Shown here: positions 40,293 through 51,164 of the stretch, piece after piece | Layout of the letters: every line of letters begins with the position of its first letter | Position numbering within the stretch: position 1 is the stretch's first letter | IMG/VR virus record: IMGVR_UViG_3300042691_037387 | Location: 14,156 to 78,155 of that record | Source: a virus | Direction: 5' to 3' (one strand) | DNA length: 64,000 nucleotides | Translations under genes and position numbers: made by a program | Notes under the pieces: model-generated | Databases searched by the model: none | What the model was told of the DNA's origin: nothing | Seen by the model: only the letters and a program-made list of their open reading frames with translations

Positions 40293-43200
40293 TAACTTTC
40301 CTCATAATCATTAACGATGTTACTGTAGGTAGAAACAATGTTGGGAGTCGAACCCAAAAGACCCATCTGATATTGATCATAGTAACTTAATGGCAACCAC
40401 TTAGGTGGATTCCAGTTAACAGTTGCTGGTGCAGTTTCGCTATGATCCATATCATAGTGATTAAATCTAAATGCTGGAGTTTCAATAATCTTGGAATTTT
40501 CCTGTATTAAACTTCCATATATATTTGGAAGTGGAATCAATTCTGTATCATAGCTTAGGTTATCATAAGACTCATACCAGTAAGCAACGTCTCCGATGGT
40601 CGTGTTTGGGGATACTGTTGGAGTTATGCTCATTTCTGATTCAACAGCCACAAACCAATAGCCAGCTTCCGTTCTTTCTTGAGCATAGAATGGACCTATT
40701 TGAAATTCTCCATTGGGGTTTAGATACACGATTCCAGCATCCGTAGTTCTTCCAGGAGTAGCAGAGCTAGTTGAGTAATTGACTTCCTCAAAAGCTGAAT
40801 AAACAGTTCTTCCCTTTCTCCAATAAACTACTGGAGTTGCTCCAGGTATCGTAGAGTGGTTAATATAACCTCTAATATAATTATCGCTTATGACATCAGC
40901 TTTTATAACACCTCTAGTTGCAACTGCCTTTAGCTTTGCTGCAGATGAATTACTTGATATATTAACAGAAACATTAATTGATTCATAATATGGTGATGCA
41001 GCGCTGTTAACATTTATTTGAGGAGTTGATGAAGAATACTCAAGACCCTGTATATTAATAGTTGCTTCTATAGCAGTTGCTGGAACTGGACCCGTATATC
41101 TAAGCTTCGTTGAAACAAATCCATAATCATTTGTAGTAACAAAAGCGGAATCTGGTGTCAATAAAGTTGAATATATATAAAATGTCTGATTTGGCTTAAG
41201 ATTTTTGTTTTCATCATAAGAAACTATATTTAAGTAAACAAAGTCATCAGAATTATCTGATATATAAGATGGAGAAACAGTAACCTCAGCGCTTCCAAAT
41301 TCATACTCTGCATCAGAAATGAAAACAAATCCCTTTGTTATTGGCAGTCCGACTGAACTAAGTGATATTCCTGTTGGAGTAGAAAACTCATCTATTGCAG
41401 ATTCATATGTTACATAGTAATTAGCTGAAGTATTTGGAGTTGATGAGAAATATATTTTTGCATTGTATTCATCATTATTTGAATCATAATCATTTTTATC
41501 CACATAAAATACATTGGTTAAATCATATGTAACTTCGTATGATCTTCCAGGAACCAGTATACTTAAACCTGTTGTATCAGAAAAAACCTCAAGTTTATTG
41601 CCATCTAAAGTGTAAGATTCACTAATTGTATAATAGCCTTCATCAAGGAAAAGGTCCCATATATAATTTCCGTCATCATCTGTTAGGGCCCAAATATAAA
41701 ATCCTGGCTGAAGCGGATATTCAACCAAAGATTTTCCAGTATAAACATCATTAATTACAATATTATTGACATTTGAATTAGATAAATACAAAGCGCTGTC
41801 ATTTGCTGCAACTAATGTTTCAGTATTGCTAAATACTGGCTTACCAGGAGTAGCAGAATCTGGATACATCATTTCCGTATATTGAGCTGTTGCTCCAGAC
41901 TCTATAACTTGAACTAATATTGGAGCACCCTGTCTAGGTATATCTGACAGTTCTGCATTAAAAAGTATTCCGCTAAATGAATCTGTTTTAGGATCCGCAT
42001 ATATGTAGTAGTCTTCTTCTGGAAGATATAACCAACCAGTATGCAGTTCGGGGTTTTTATTATTTAAAGAATAATAAAGGCTTTCTTTTTTGTTTCCGAT
42101 TTTTTCTGCGTAAACTTCTATCTCCGAGAAATAATAATTATCCGATGATTCATTGTATAATTCTTCAATATATGAAGAAGACTGAGTGAACGGCAATACT
42201 ATCTCAACTGGAACTTCTGAATTTGGGAAGACTTCTGTTTTATTTGAAGTTATCGATATTCCACTTGTATCAGAGATTGGCTTAATATGAGTTATCAAAT
42301 AGTCATCTTTTTCTGAAGAATCTAGACCAAAAGTTTCTCTATTTAAATTATATGAAGATAAAAATTGATCCTTAATATTCGAATTTATACTTCTACCAGA
42401 ATCCTCTATTAGCTCACCTTGCCTATATACATTGCCCAAATGATCTATATATCCATTAAGCATAGGTGTGCTCAGTAGTTCTGAATCTAAAATAGGAGAC
42501 CAGACTGATTTCTTAAAAGGATAGTAAGGCGTAGATGAAAGTCCTGTTGAAAGAGTAATTAATTCTGGAGCGCTAGAATAATTAAATGTAGCTGATTCAA
42601 AGAATCCAGAATATGTGTATGCGTTTGTTTCAGCATCGTCTGCTACTGCAAATGATTTTATAACAATATTTGGACTTGAAGGAACATAATAGTTAGAATT
42701 ATCTATTGGGTTATAGGCGATTCCTCCATGCTCTGGATCTCTGACTATCTCTGCCTGTATTGTTTGATACAGTGGCTGTGGAGTTACCTTAACGTTTTCT
42801 ATAACTATGCTTGACGGTACAGATCCAATTGGAAATATAATTCCCTTTTTTAGGTCAGAACTAAATATTGGATAGTCTTTTAATTTACTTAAATCATTAT
42901 TATCATTTAATATTGCTTCTGATTGAACAGAATTTGTTGATCCACTAATTGATTTATTTCCATAAACAGTTGAACCAATTTTTATATTCGCATTTACATA
43001 GTTAATATTAGGAGTTGCTAGGCTCCATGTTTCAGAAACGCTTGGATTACCAAGATAGCCTCTAGCATCTTGATTGAATGCTACTCTATACTGACCAGTA
43101 TGAGCTGGTGTATATACTTGATTGCTTGCATTCCAAGATACTTTGTTAACCAAAGTAATTGATGATGCTTTTGATATATCTATTGAGTTATTTGAAGGTG

Positions 43201-45137
43201 TTGCTGCAAAATTAACATATACGTAATCGTATGTTTTTTCTCTGAATAGAATGTTTGTATCTGTTAAGTTATCTGAACTAACTATAGGTATATAGTTATA
43301 TTCTGGGCTTGCGGCGCTTGTCTGGGAATAGTAATTATACACGAAAAAATCATCTCTGTCTTCATATGACAAATTCGCATAATATGTTGCTGGAGTTGCA
43401 TACCCAGTGTGGGGTGGCATTTGAACTTCATAAACTAGTGCAACTCCTCCATTAAATGGAGTAGCAGAATTGGGATTACTTACATCTGGATCTGGAACTG
43501 TTTGTGTATACAAACCACTATATGTGTATCCAACATTAATCGGCCCATATATATCTGAATAACCGTCTATCTTAAATCCATCTGCCTTGAATCTACCTGT
43601 AAATGATGTTGTAGCAGATTCTGGTATATCATTAGGTAGTATTAACTTAGCGTCTCTTAGGTCACCAACTCCTGGCTGAAATAATGTGGATAGTGGAGTT
43701 GCAACGTCGTATATAGCAGGAAGTCTTCCAACACCTTCTCCATCCAAGCCCGCATAGTCCCATATGCCCTGGTCCCAATGTACATAACCTAAATTAGATG
43801 GATATGTTTCATTAATATATCTAACAAAGTCAATAAATTTTTCTTGTGGATTTCCACTAAAAGTAAAATATGGAGTTGAATTTTCAATATCAGAAATTTC
43901 TAATATCTCTGGAGTTGCACCCAAATAATCAGACTGCGGAGTTGCACCATATGCTTTCCATATATCTAGCTCTCTTCTTAGAGTAAGCTTGTAAGATTCC
44001 GTTCCAACTCCGGGTGGATTTGCGTAAACATCGAGTATTCTCTTCTTAAATCTAGCGTTGTCTTCTAGATACAATCTCTTTAGATTAACTCTAGCACCAA
44101 AGTCATCAAAAGCATTAAACATCATTACTGGTGTTTGATCGTAAACTACATTGTTTATAATCAGGTCTTCAAATTTTCTTAAAGTTATTATCTGACCGTC
44201 AATAAGATTGTGGTAATAAACATAGTCTGTCTTTCTATAGTTATAGAAAGCTTCTAAAGTCGGAGCTTTTGCCAACTGAACATCATCACCAAAAATAGAT
44301 AATGTAGATGCAGGTATTCCATAAGATACATATACCCAGTCAATCATATCTTCGTCTGCTGAAGATATAAAAGAATCCAACTTATATTCATCAACTAAAT
44401 CTGTAAATTCATCTAGATATTCGCCAACCAGAGAGTTAATAAATGCTCCAGCATTAGAAACTGGTGTAGCTAATTCAGGGGTTGATCTTTCAAATGAATC
44501 TTCATATATTTGAGTCCAAGATGGGAATTTTCTCGCAATATTTCTAGCGGAATCAGATATTACTGGAGATATAGGCTCATGTATTGCTATTTCAAAATAA
44601 AGTAATAGCCCTATTTCAGATATGCCATTTTGTAATTCAGAAAATATTTCTAATTCTATTTTTATATATTCTTTTGAATTATTTAAAAATACAGAATTAG
44701 AATCAACCATTAATGCTGACTTCAACCATGGACCATTGGCTGAATCTGATTCGTATATCTGAAGAGTAAAAGTTGGATTCTCTAATCCAGGAAGATTTGT
44801 AAACGCATGTTTATAGGATATGATGTCTACCCTAGAAGATGTGTCTATAAATCTAAGAAGATCAGGAGTTGCCGGATCATAAACGACTTCTCCATAGTTT
44901 GTCTTATAGACAGCGTAATCATCTACTGGAGTTGAATGTTGGTTTAAGTAAGATGGAGATGATACTTCTGTTCCAACAAAAGTATAATCTCCGAATAAGG
45001 TTTAAGCCAGAATACGCTCTCTTATAGGAGAAGTTCCTATAAGAGGCGTTATTATAAACATTGATAGCACTAGATGTCCAGACATTACCATTTTTTGTAA
45101 AGTCTCCACTTCGAAGACCTAAAAGATAACGCTTCAT
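40292..45137 (-). CDS. Large baseplate/tail protein rich in [A/S]TP motifs, ~1614 aa after +1 recoding at CGGA 44990-44993
   Basis: FNAFDDFG...LKRLYLEDNARFKKRILDV wedge-like motif; frame open from 44992 to 40292. Confidence 0.7.
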
Positions 45138-45151
45138 CTACTGTTCCTTTG

Positions 45152-46381
45152 TTAATCTAACCAAATTGAATATTCTGACGTAACTCCATGTTCAGGGTGT
45201 ATGAACATTAGATGCTGACAAGGTCTGCTCATTGAAGAAAAGAATTCTTGAGCATACGTATTGTAGCTTTCTGGCGAACCAGAAATTCTTAACATACTAG
45301 AGCCTATTGTCATTTTAAACTGCTGATGATAATGACCCATAAAAACATCATCAAAATGTTCTGGGATTGCTCCGTCTTTCCATCCCATTACCTTCTTATA
45401 GTAAGCGCCAAAGTTAGAAGGCTGAGGCAATTGATCTCCGTGCATTAGCAATGTTGCGTAATCGCCTATTTGATCTACCGCATACCAATTTCTTTCGCCA
45501 GATCCATCAGGAATATCAAAAGTGATCCTAGGCTCATCTTTAAATATTAGACTAACAATTTTATATAGAAGTCTATCCATATTTGTTTCTGGATCATGCT
45601 GCTTTCTTGCTCTTCCGCCAACAGCACCGTGATTGCCTATGACTCCAACAACTTTGATTCTTTCAAAGTTTTGTAAAGCTTTCTGCAAGAAAGTTGTTAT
45701 TATTTGTGGACCATATATGCCGACCTGCCTATACAAGCCCGAATCTATAAGGTGACTTTGTCCTGGAAATATTTCTTCTCCTTCAACAATATCTCCCAAG
45801 AACCAAACATGAAGCTCCTTAACAGTATGATGAGCTCTTTGTATTTGACAGATCTCAAGCATCTTATCTGTATATTCTTCTATTCTTTGAGACAAGACTT
45901 CAGAGTTATAGCTCGGCGTTACCTTCCCCAACTGCCAGTCTGCGAAAACGGCCACGGCAACTTCTGGGGTTTTTGATCCACTCTTTTGAGGCGAGGGTGA
46001 CTTAATCTGTGGCATTGTGTACTGAGAGAAGGCATCATAAGCAGCTCCGTATATTGCTTCAACGATTTCTTCTTGTACGTTTTTATATCTATCTACTTGT
46101 CTTGCTAATTTCTTATTTTCATTTCTAAGCCAATTTGTTCTAGAATCTGATATCTCAAGTGAATCAATTGAATCTTCATATGAAGAGGAAACTGATTTAT
46201 TATAAGTTGAATCTTTTTCATTTATAATGTCAACTACATCTTCTTCAAGAACTTCTTCAATTTTTATTGAATTAGATAAGATGTCGCCGTATCCATCTTC
46301 ATCAAAAATAAGAGCTTTTGCTTGGCCAACATTTGGCGATCTAACAATATAAGTTTGTCTAATGACAAAATTTTTCTTCAT
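45152..46381 (-). CDS. Calcineurin-like metallophosphoesterase
   Basis: FADWQLG, LGDIVEG, GNHG, MHGD and GHYHQ motifs. Confidence 0.85.
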   Translation of the reverse strand: MKKNFVIRQTYIVRSPNVGQAKALIFDEDGYGDILSNSIKIEEVLEEDVVDIINEKDSTYNKSVSSSYEDSIDSLEISDSRTNWLRNENKKLARQVDRYKNVQEEIVEAIYGAAYDAFSQYTMPQIKSPSPQKSGSKTPEVAVAVFADWQLGKVTPSYNSEVLSQRIEEYTDKMLEICQIQRAHHTVKELHVWFLGDIVEGEEIFPGQSHLIDSGLYRQVGIYGPQIITTFLQKALQNFERIKVVGVIGNHGAVGGRARKQHDPETNMDRLLYKIVSLIFKDEPRITFDIPDGSGERNWYAVDQIGDYATLLMHGDQLPQPSNFGAYYKKVMGWKDGAIPEHFDDVFMGHYHQQFKMTIGSSMLRISGSPESYNTYAQEFFSSMSRPCQHLMFIHPEHGVTSEYSIWLD

Positions 46382-46404
46382 AAAATAGGACATCCGTTCC
46401 AATG

Positions 46405-47574
46405 TTAGTAATTAGATTGTCCCATTATAACAGAATAAACTGCTACAGATCCAGCGGTTGGATAAACTTTATGGTCAGAAGAAGTAAAGTCTTGCATAGC
46501 GACTTCTCTTCCGTCAACATTAAACCCGGTAATTGTAATTTGCCTTATAAGGTCAGAAGACATTCTAACATATCTTTCTATTTCAGACAAAGAAACTGTA
46601 TCGCCTATAGATAATGAGTTTAGATATCTCTTTATAAAGAGTCCAGCTTGATTTCTCACTGCTGTTGACACGCCTTCACTTGTTCCTGACGGAAGTGTCA
46701 CATTAGCAGAAACATTAATTGATATTTTTTCTGCCAATCTTACATTAAATCTTACTCCAACTGGCTTGACCGCAATGATTGAATTATACACCAGCTCTGG
46801 AATTTGTTTGATATTAGAACCATTTTCTGGAACTACAATAACATCGCATGAGCCAACCCCAAAAGACGACTCTCTGATTCTGATATCTCTTACGCCTGGG
46901 ACAGTTAAGGCAGCGAACCTGACTGATTCCACACTCCCTGTTGCCTGAGTCTTGATTGATGAAACTATTCTTCTTCTATAGTTATCATCTGATTCCGCAT
47001 TAACTATTGCATAAACTTCTTTTGGATTAGAACAATAAACTATTACTCCAGGTGGAGCTATAAAATTATGCTTAGTTAATGAGTTTACTGATGCCGTGTA
47101 ACTATTGTCTGTAAAGTCTGGTATAACCAGCCCGTATGCACGTGTTGTTCCAGCAGCTATTGATACGTCGCCATTTAGCTTGAATCTATACTGTCTTACA
47201 GAAAAATTGTCAACATCGGTGTATACGTATGTTCCCTTGGGAATAATGACATCGTTACTGTAGGATTTATTCAAAGAAAACTGTATATTAAAAGATTGTC
47301 TTTCTATAGCTGAGGCGTCAGATATTGTCTTCCTTGTTACGCCATAAAGCTCACCTATCATATCTAGGTTCATTCCATTTGCTGTTGCCAAAGAAGTCTG
47401 TTTGACAGAGAATGACAAAGAAGAATATAGCTGAGCTATCTCTGTACCGATTGCCTCAGCAAAAGCTCTTGCTATAGATCCAGGGTATACTGCGGATATA
47501 CCGGCATTTCTCTGAAGTGAATCTAGTATTTCTACTACAATTTCAGACTGTTCTTTTTTACCATATACTGGCAT
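46405..47574 (-). CDS. Baseplate J-like wedge protein
   Basis: GSIARAFAEA, TANGMNLDMIGELYGVTR, ESDDNYRRRI, ALTVPGV, KPVGV. Confidence 0.9.
   Translation of the reverse strand: MPVYGKKEQSEIVVEILDSLQRNAGISAVYPGSIARAFAEAIGTEIAQLYSSLSFSVKQTSLATANGMNLDMIGELYGVTRKTISDASAIERQSFNIQFSLNKSYSNDVIIPKGTYVYTDVDNFSVRQYRFKLNGDVSIAAGTTRAYGLVIPDFTDNSYTASVNSLTKHNFIAPPGVIVYCSNPKEVYAIVNAESDDNYRRRIVSSIKTQATGSVESVRFAALTVPGVRDIRIRESSFGVGSCDVIVVPENGSNIKQIPELVYNSIIAVKPVGVRFNVRLAEKISINVSANVTLPSGTSEGVSTAVRNQAGLFIKRYLNSLSIGDTVSLSEIERYVRMSSDLIRQITITGFNVDGREVAMQDFTSSDHKVYPTAGSVAVYSVIMGQSNY
46424..46432 (-). promoter_or_regulatory. Extended -10 promoter (TGTTATAAT) inside the 3' end of the gpJ-like gene, upstream of the phosphoesterase
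   Basis: TGnTATAAT about 40 nt before ATG 46381. Confidence 0.45.
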
Positions 47575-47575
47575 T

Positions 47576-47956
47576 CTAAGCTCCTAGATTCTGGTTAACT
47601 GACAAAACGATTGGTTCACTAAAGTCGCTGATTATGTGAACATCAAACCTAATTGAATCAGGACCAGTAGGAACTGCTTCAACTTTAATATTTCTTCCCT
47701 GAAAAATACCTTCTTTTTCAAGAGCTGATCTTATCAATCTTTTTCCAAGATCCCCTGTTTCCCTTGACTGTGGCATACCGTACAGAATTGATAGATCTGT
47801 ACCCAGTTGAGGATAGATATAAAAATCACCTGGTTCTGTCATAAGTCTAATATATATTTGCTGTATGTCATCTTGAAGAACTGTATTAGTCAAAGCGATA
47901 TCCTTATTTCCATCTATCGCTATATCTCCAGACATTGTTAAATATATATCAGGCAC
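47576..47956 (-). CDS. Baseplate wedge protein, gp25/GPW-like
   Basis: QQIYIRLMTEPGDFYIYPQLGTDL; immediately upstream of the J-like gene. Confidence 0.8.
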   Translation of the reverse strand: MPDIYLTMSGDIAIDGNKDIALTNTVLQDDIQQIYIRLMTEPGDFYIYPQLGTDLSILYGMPQSRETGDLGKRLIRSALEKEGIFQGRNIKVEAVPTGPDSIRFDVHIISDFSEPIVLSVNQNLGA

Positions 47957-47957
47957 T

Positions 47958-48593
47958 TTATGACTCTTCTGCTTTCTGTTGAGCTTGAGCGAAGGTGTAT
48001 CCTTGCTTTAAAAGATCGACAACTTTAATTATATACTCTTTTGGATATTCTTTGAGTACATTTTCAACTAATGTTATCTGTTCTGGAGTCAATCCATCTA
48101 GAGATATTTCTGAAGAATAATTTATTCTTTTATCTTCTATCTGAGACCCAAAACCACGTTCACCTTGTATAGTAATAGTATTAATGTTATCTTTTTGTGT
48201 TATTTTATCTAGCTTAGATAAATAATAACTAGCATTATTCTGTGGAGAGTTTATAGACTTGTAGTCTATTTTTACTAGTGTTGGTTGGGAATAATCATAC
48301 GCTGAGTAATTAAAGTTATAGTTATTCCATCTTAATCCATCATCTTTTGTAAACATTCTAATACTGTCTGCAAACAAGCTAATGCTTCTGCCAGACGCGC
48401 TAATGACTATTCCTACTCCAGGAGCAGCAAATATTTCTATATCGCCATCATCATTTAATCTTAAAAATGAATGATTGTCTGGATGATTTAAGCCAACTTC
48501 TCTTCTCGAGAATTCATTTCTTTTATTTAATTCAGCCTCTATATTAAATTTATCAGAACGCTGAATACTAGCTCCATAATTTTTTGAACCCAT
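47958..48593 (-). CDS. Baseplate/spike-associated protein
   Basis: SFLRLNDDGDIEIFA beta-helix-like segment; position. Confidence 0.55.
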   Translation of the reverse strand: MGSKNYGASIQRSDKFNIEAELNKRNEFSRREVGLNHPDNHSFLRLNDDGDIEIFAAPGVGIVISASGRSISLFADSIRMFTKDDGLRWNNYNFNYSAYDYSQPTLVKIDYKSINSPQNNASYYLSKLDKITQKDNINTITIQGERGFGSQIEDKRINYSSEISLDGLTPEQITLVENVLKEYPKEYIIKVVDLLKQGYTFAQAQQKAEES

Positions 48594-48595
48594 AT

Positions 48596-48964
48596 TTACC
48601 TAGCCATAAACTTTGGTATTCCAGTATTGACTACATAATTGGGCATCTGAGGGGAAACTCTTGATGGATCATCAAAATAGCCTATTATGTAGGCATGGTT
48701 TTCGTTATCGTCCCTAAAGCCTATAAGGCAACGCGTACCTGGTTCTGGAGAAACAGACTGTACACCCAATATTGATGGACATGGTACGTTCTCTATTATG
48801 TTTCCTATTTGGCCAGATAGTGCATCATCAAGAATTACAGTAGCTAAATTTAGCTTTTTGTCAAACTTCATGACTAAGCCTGGTCTTGTTTTAGATTGCT
48901 TGAGCCTGTTGGCGTCGATTTGGCTTTGTATCTTACTATCGAACTTTGGATAATTAACTGGCAT
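48596..48964 (-). CDS. Baseplate spike gpV-like OB-fold protein
   Basis: GLVMKFD...ATV...VPCP...PEPGTRCLIGF...AYIIG pattern. Confidence 0.6.
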   Translation of the reverse strand: MPVNYPKFDSKIQSQIDANRLKQSKTRPGLVMKFDKKLNLATVILDDALSGQIGNIIENVPCPSILGVQSVSPEPGTRCLIGFRDDNENHAYIIGYFDDPSRVSPQMPNYVVNTGIPKFMAR

Positions 48965-51160
48965 TATGCACCTTCCACTAATCCATTTGACGTCTGTTTA
49001 TATAATGCTCTCTTTGGTAATCTCATCACAATTGAATTATACTTGCTTAAGTCTACCCATACTTCTAGTTTTGGTATATTGTATTTCTCGTCTTTTTCTC
49101 TTGTTGGAGAATCTTGAGGAATATTTTCAAGAACCCATTTTGCTAATACGTCTTCACTTTTTCCTGTTGCATTTTTATAAACGTCTGCGGCTATTTTAAA
49201 TGATAGACCGGAAATAAAACCATTTCCCTTTTCACCAATTAGATAATTGTCTCCCCATGGCCCGCCCAAACTTGTAGAAGTTTTTAAACCCCAACTACTT
49301 ATTTGTTTACTTAAATCATTTTGAGCTATTTTTGATCTCAGTAAATACACCTGATTTATAGGTATCCAAACTCTTTGATCATAAAGTTCAAGACCAAAGT
49401 TTTTTGAAGATAATTGAACCTCCTTGAGTTTTGCATCTATATTGGATTCAGTTAAACCCTCAGATTCCCAGTTTCTATAACCTAATTTCCAGGTAGGTAT
49501 ATTATTTTCCGATTGAGGAAGAGCTAGATTAGATAAAATTTTTCCCCCTGAATTTGATCTAGTGCCCATTTGCCATAATCCAAAGAAACCATATTCATTG
49601 GCTACATAGGGCCTGCAAGTAGCTTCTCTGTATGCTATAGCAGTAAATATTGCAGATATCTCTTCTGAAAAATTTCCGTATTGTGTAAGAAGATAAAAAA
49701 CTTCTATATCAGTTAGCGCACTTTGATCTTGATAAAATGATCTTGATAATCTAGCAGAATCTACTTTTGCTGAAAGATTATTGGTAAAATAATCTAGATT
49801 TAAAAACGCCGGATTTGCACTAGCATATGAACCAAGACCGGACATTGACATTTGACCGTTTGGCCCTGTATATTTTCCTGCTCTAGCTGGAGAAAAACTT
49901 ATGTGTATATGACTTTTATGAGTTGAATCGTCTGGTGCATCTTTAGCTATTTTTACATATCTTAATTTACTATATTTTTCAACCATTTTTCCAACTATTG
50001 GAGTAACACCACCAGGATCTTTTGTATATTCATCTGGACACCAATTGCCTATCTTTATGTAATCGGGCAGCAAATGCTCTGGTGCAGTATTTAAAACAGA
50101 TAAGAATAAATCTAATTGCCTTAAATATTCTTTTTGTGATGAACCAACGTTTACGTATTTATCTCCCTGCGAAAAGAATGCATCTATATCGAATGCCCTT
50201 CCAAATGCGTGGTCAGTGATATAGGATCTTTTTTGAGCTGTTCCGCTATTTATCCCAGTTAGATTTTTACCGGCAGCTGAGAAATCTGATGCTCTCCAAA
50301 CTCCAAATCCACCAGACATATTATACTTTGGATTAGAGCTTATAAATAATAAGAGTTCCATAAGAGCTGCGGAGGTAAAGCATACTTGTGCGCCTGCTTT
50401 TATGAGCGACTCTGGAATATGATCTGTTTCATTTGTATATCCTGGAAAATTACTGGATACCATATAAGAAAGATACTGTAGATCATCCGGTATATCAATA
50501 TAAAAGCCATATGGTATAGCTGAACCTCTGTCCTCAAGATCAAATACCCTTGCGGATTCTCCCACCTCTTCCACTATATGTCTAGACATAAGTAGATTTC
50601 CTCTATCTCTATACCATTTTTGTTCCTCTTCAGTTAGAACAGAAACTAGTGCTGCTGCATGGCCAACAGACACTGGGGCATCTGGAGAAGATGTATATTC
50701 ATCATCTTGAACCCCTGCTGTCCCAGATGTTGGATTATTAGTCAGAATTCTTCTGTTTATTTCATTGAATAAAGTTTCATTATATTGCTTACCTAATGAT
50801 CCGCTTGTTGCTAATTTAAGTGCTGCTGTTGCTCCGCGAATAGGTTTGCACTCCGTCGTCAGAATTCTCTTCTATGGTTAATGAAGATGAACTTAATATA
50901 CTTCTTGATAAGGCGGAGAGGCTTTCTCGTGCCATGTTTGCATTGAACATATTCGAATATATATTGCTAGCTAGAAGTTCTTTTCCTGAAGCAGATGATA
51001 TTAGATCTGTAGACACCAGTGATTGATTTGCATATCCTCTTGCTGCGGTAGTGGTTGATAGAACAGCTTTTCCCCCTATTGGGACTAAACTGTCAGAAAA
51101 AGCTTTAGCTATAGAAGCTGAGTCAGATAAGTTATCTGATGTAAAGTTATGAGTTGACAT
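48964..51160 (-). CDS. Tail-associated lysin (LAS/M15-like Zn peptidase plus lytic transglycosylase-like domain), ~731 aa after +1 recoding at CGGA 50833-50836
   Basis: DHAFGRAFDI (H-x6-D) and HKSHIHIS; AIAYREAT...FFGLWQM. Confidence 0.7.
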
Positions 51161-51164
51161 TTTA

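Noticed and set aside
46393-46402. In-frame CGG-A in the track's N-terminus (MERMSY) of the phosphoesterase, as a counter-example
   Set aside because: It lies upstream of the more plausible ATG starts (46393 or 46381), so it is probably untranslated; the start should be verified.
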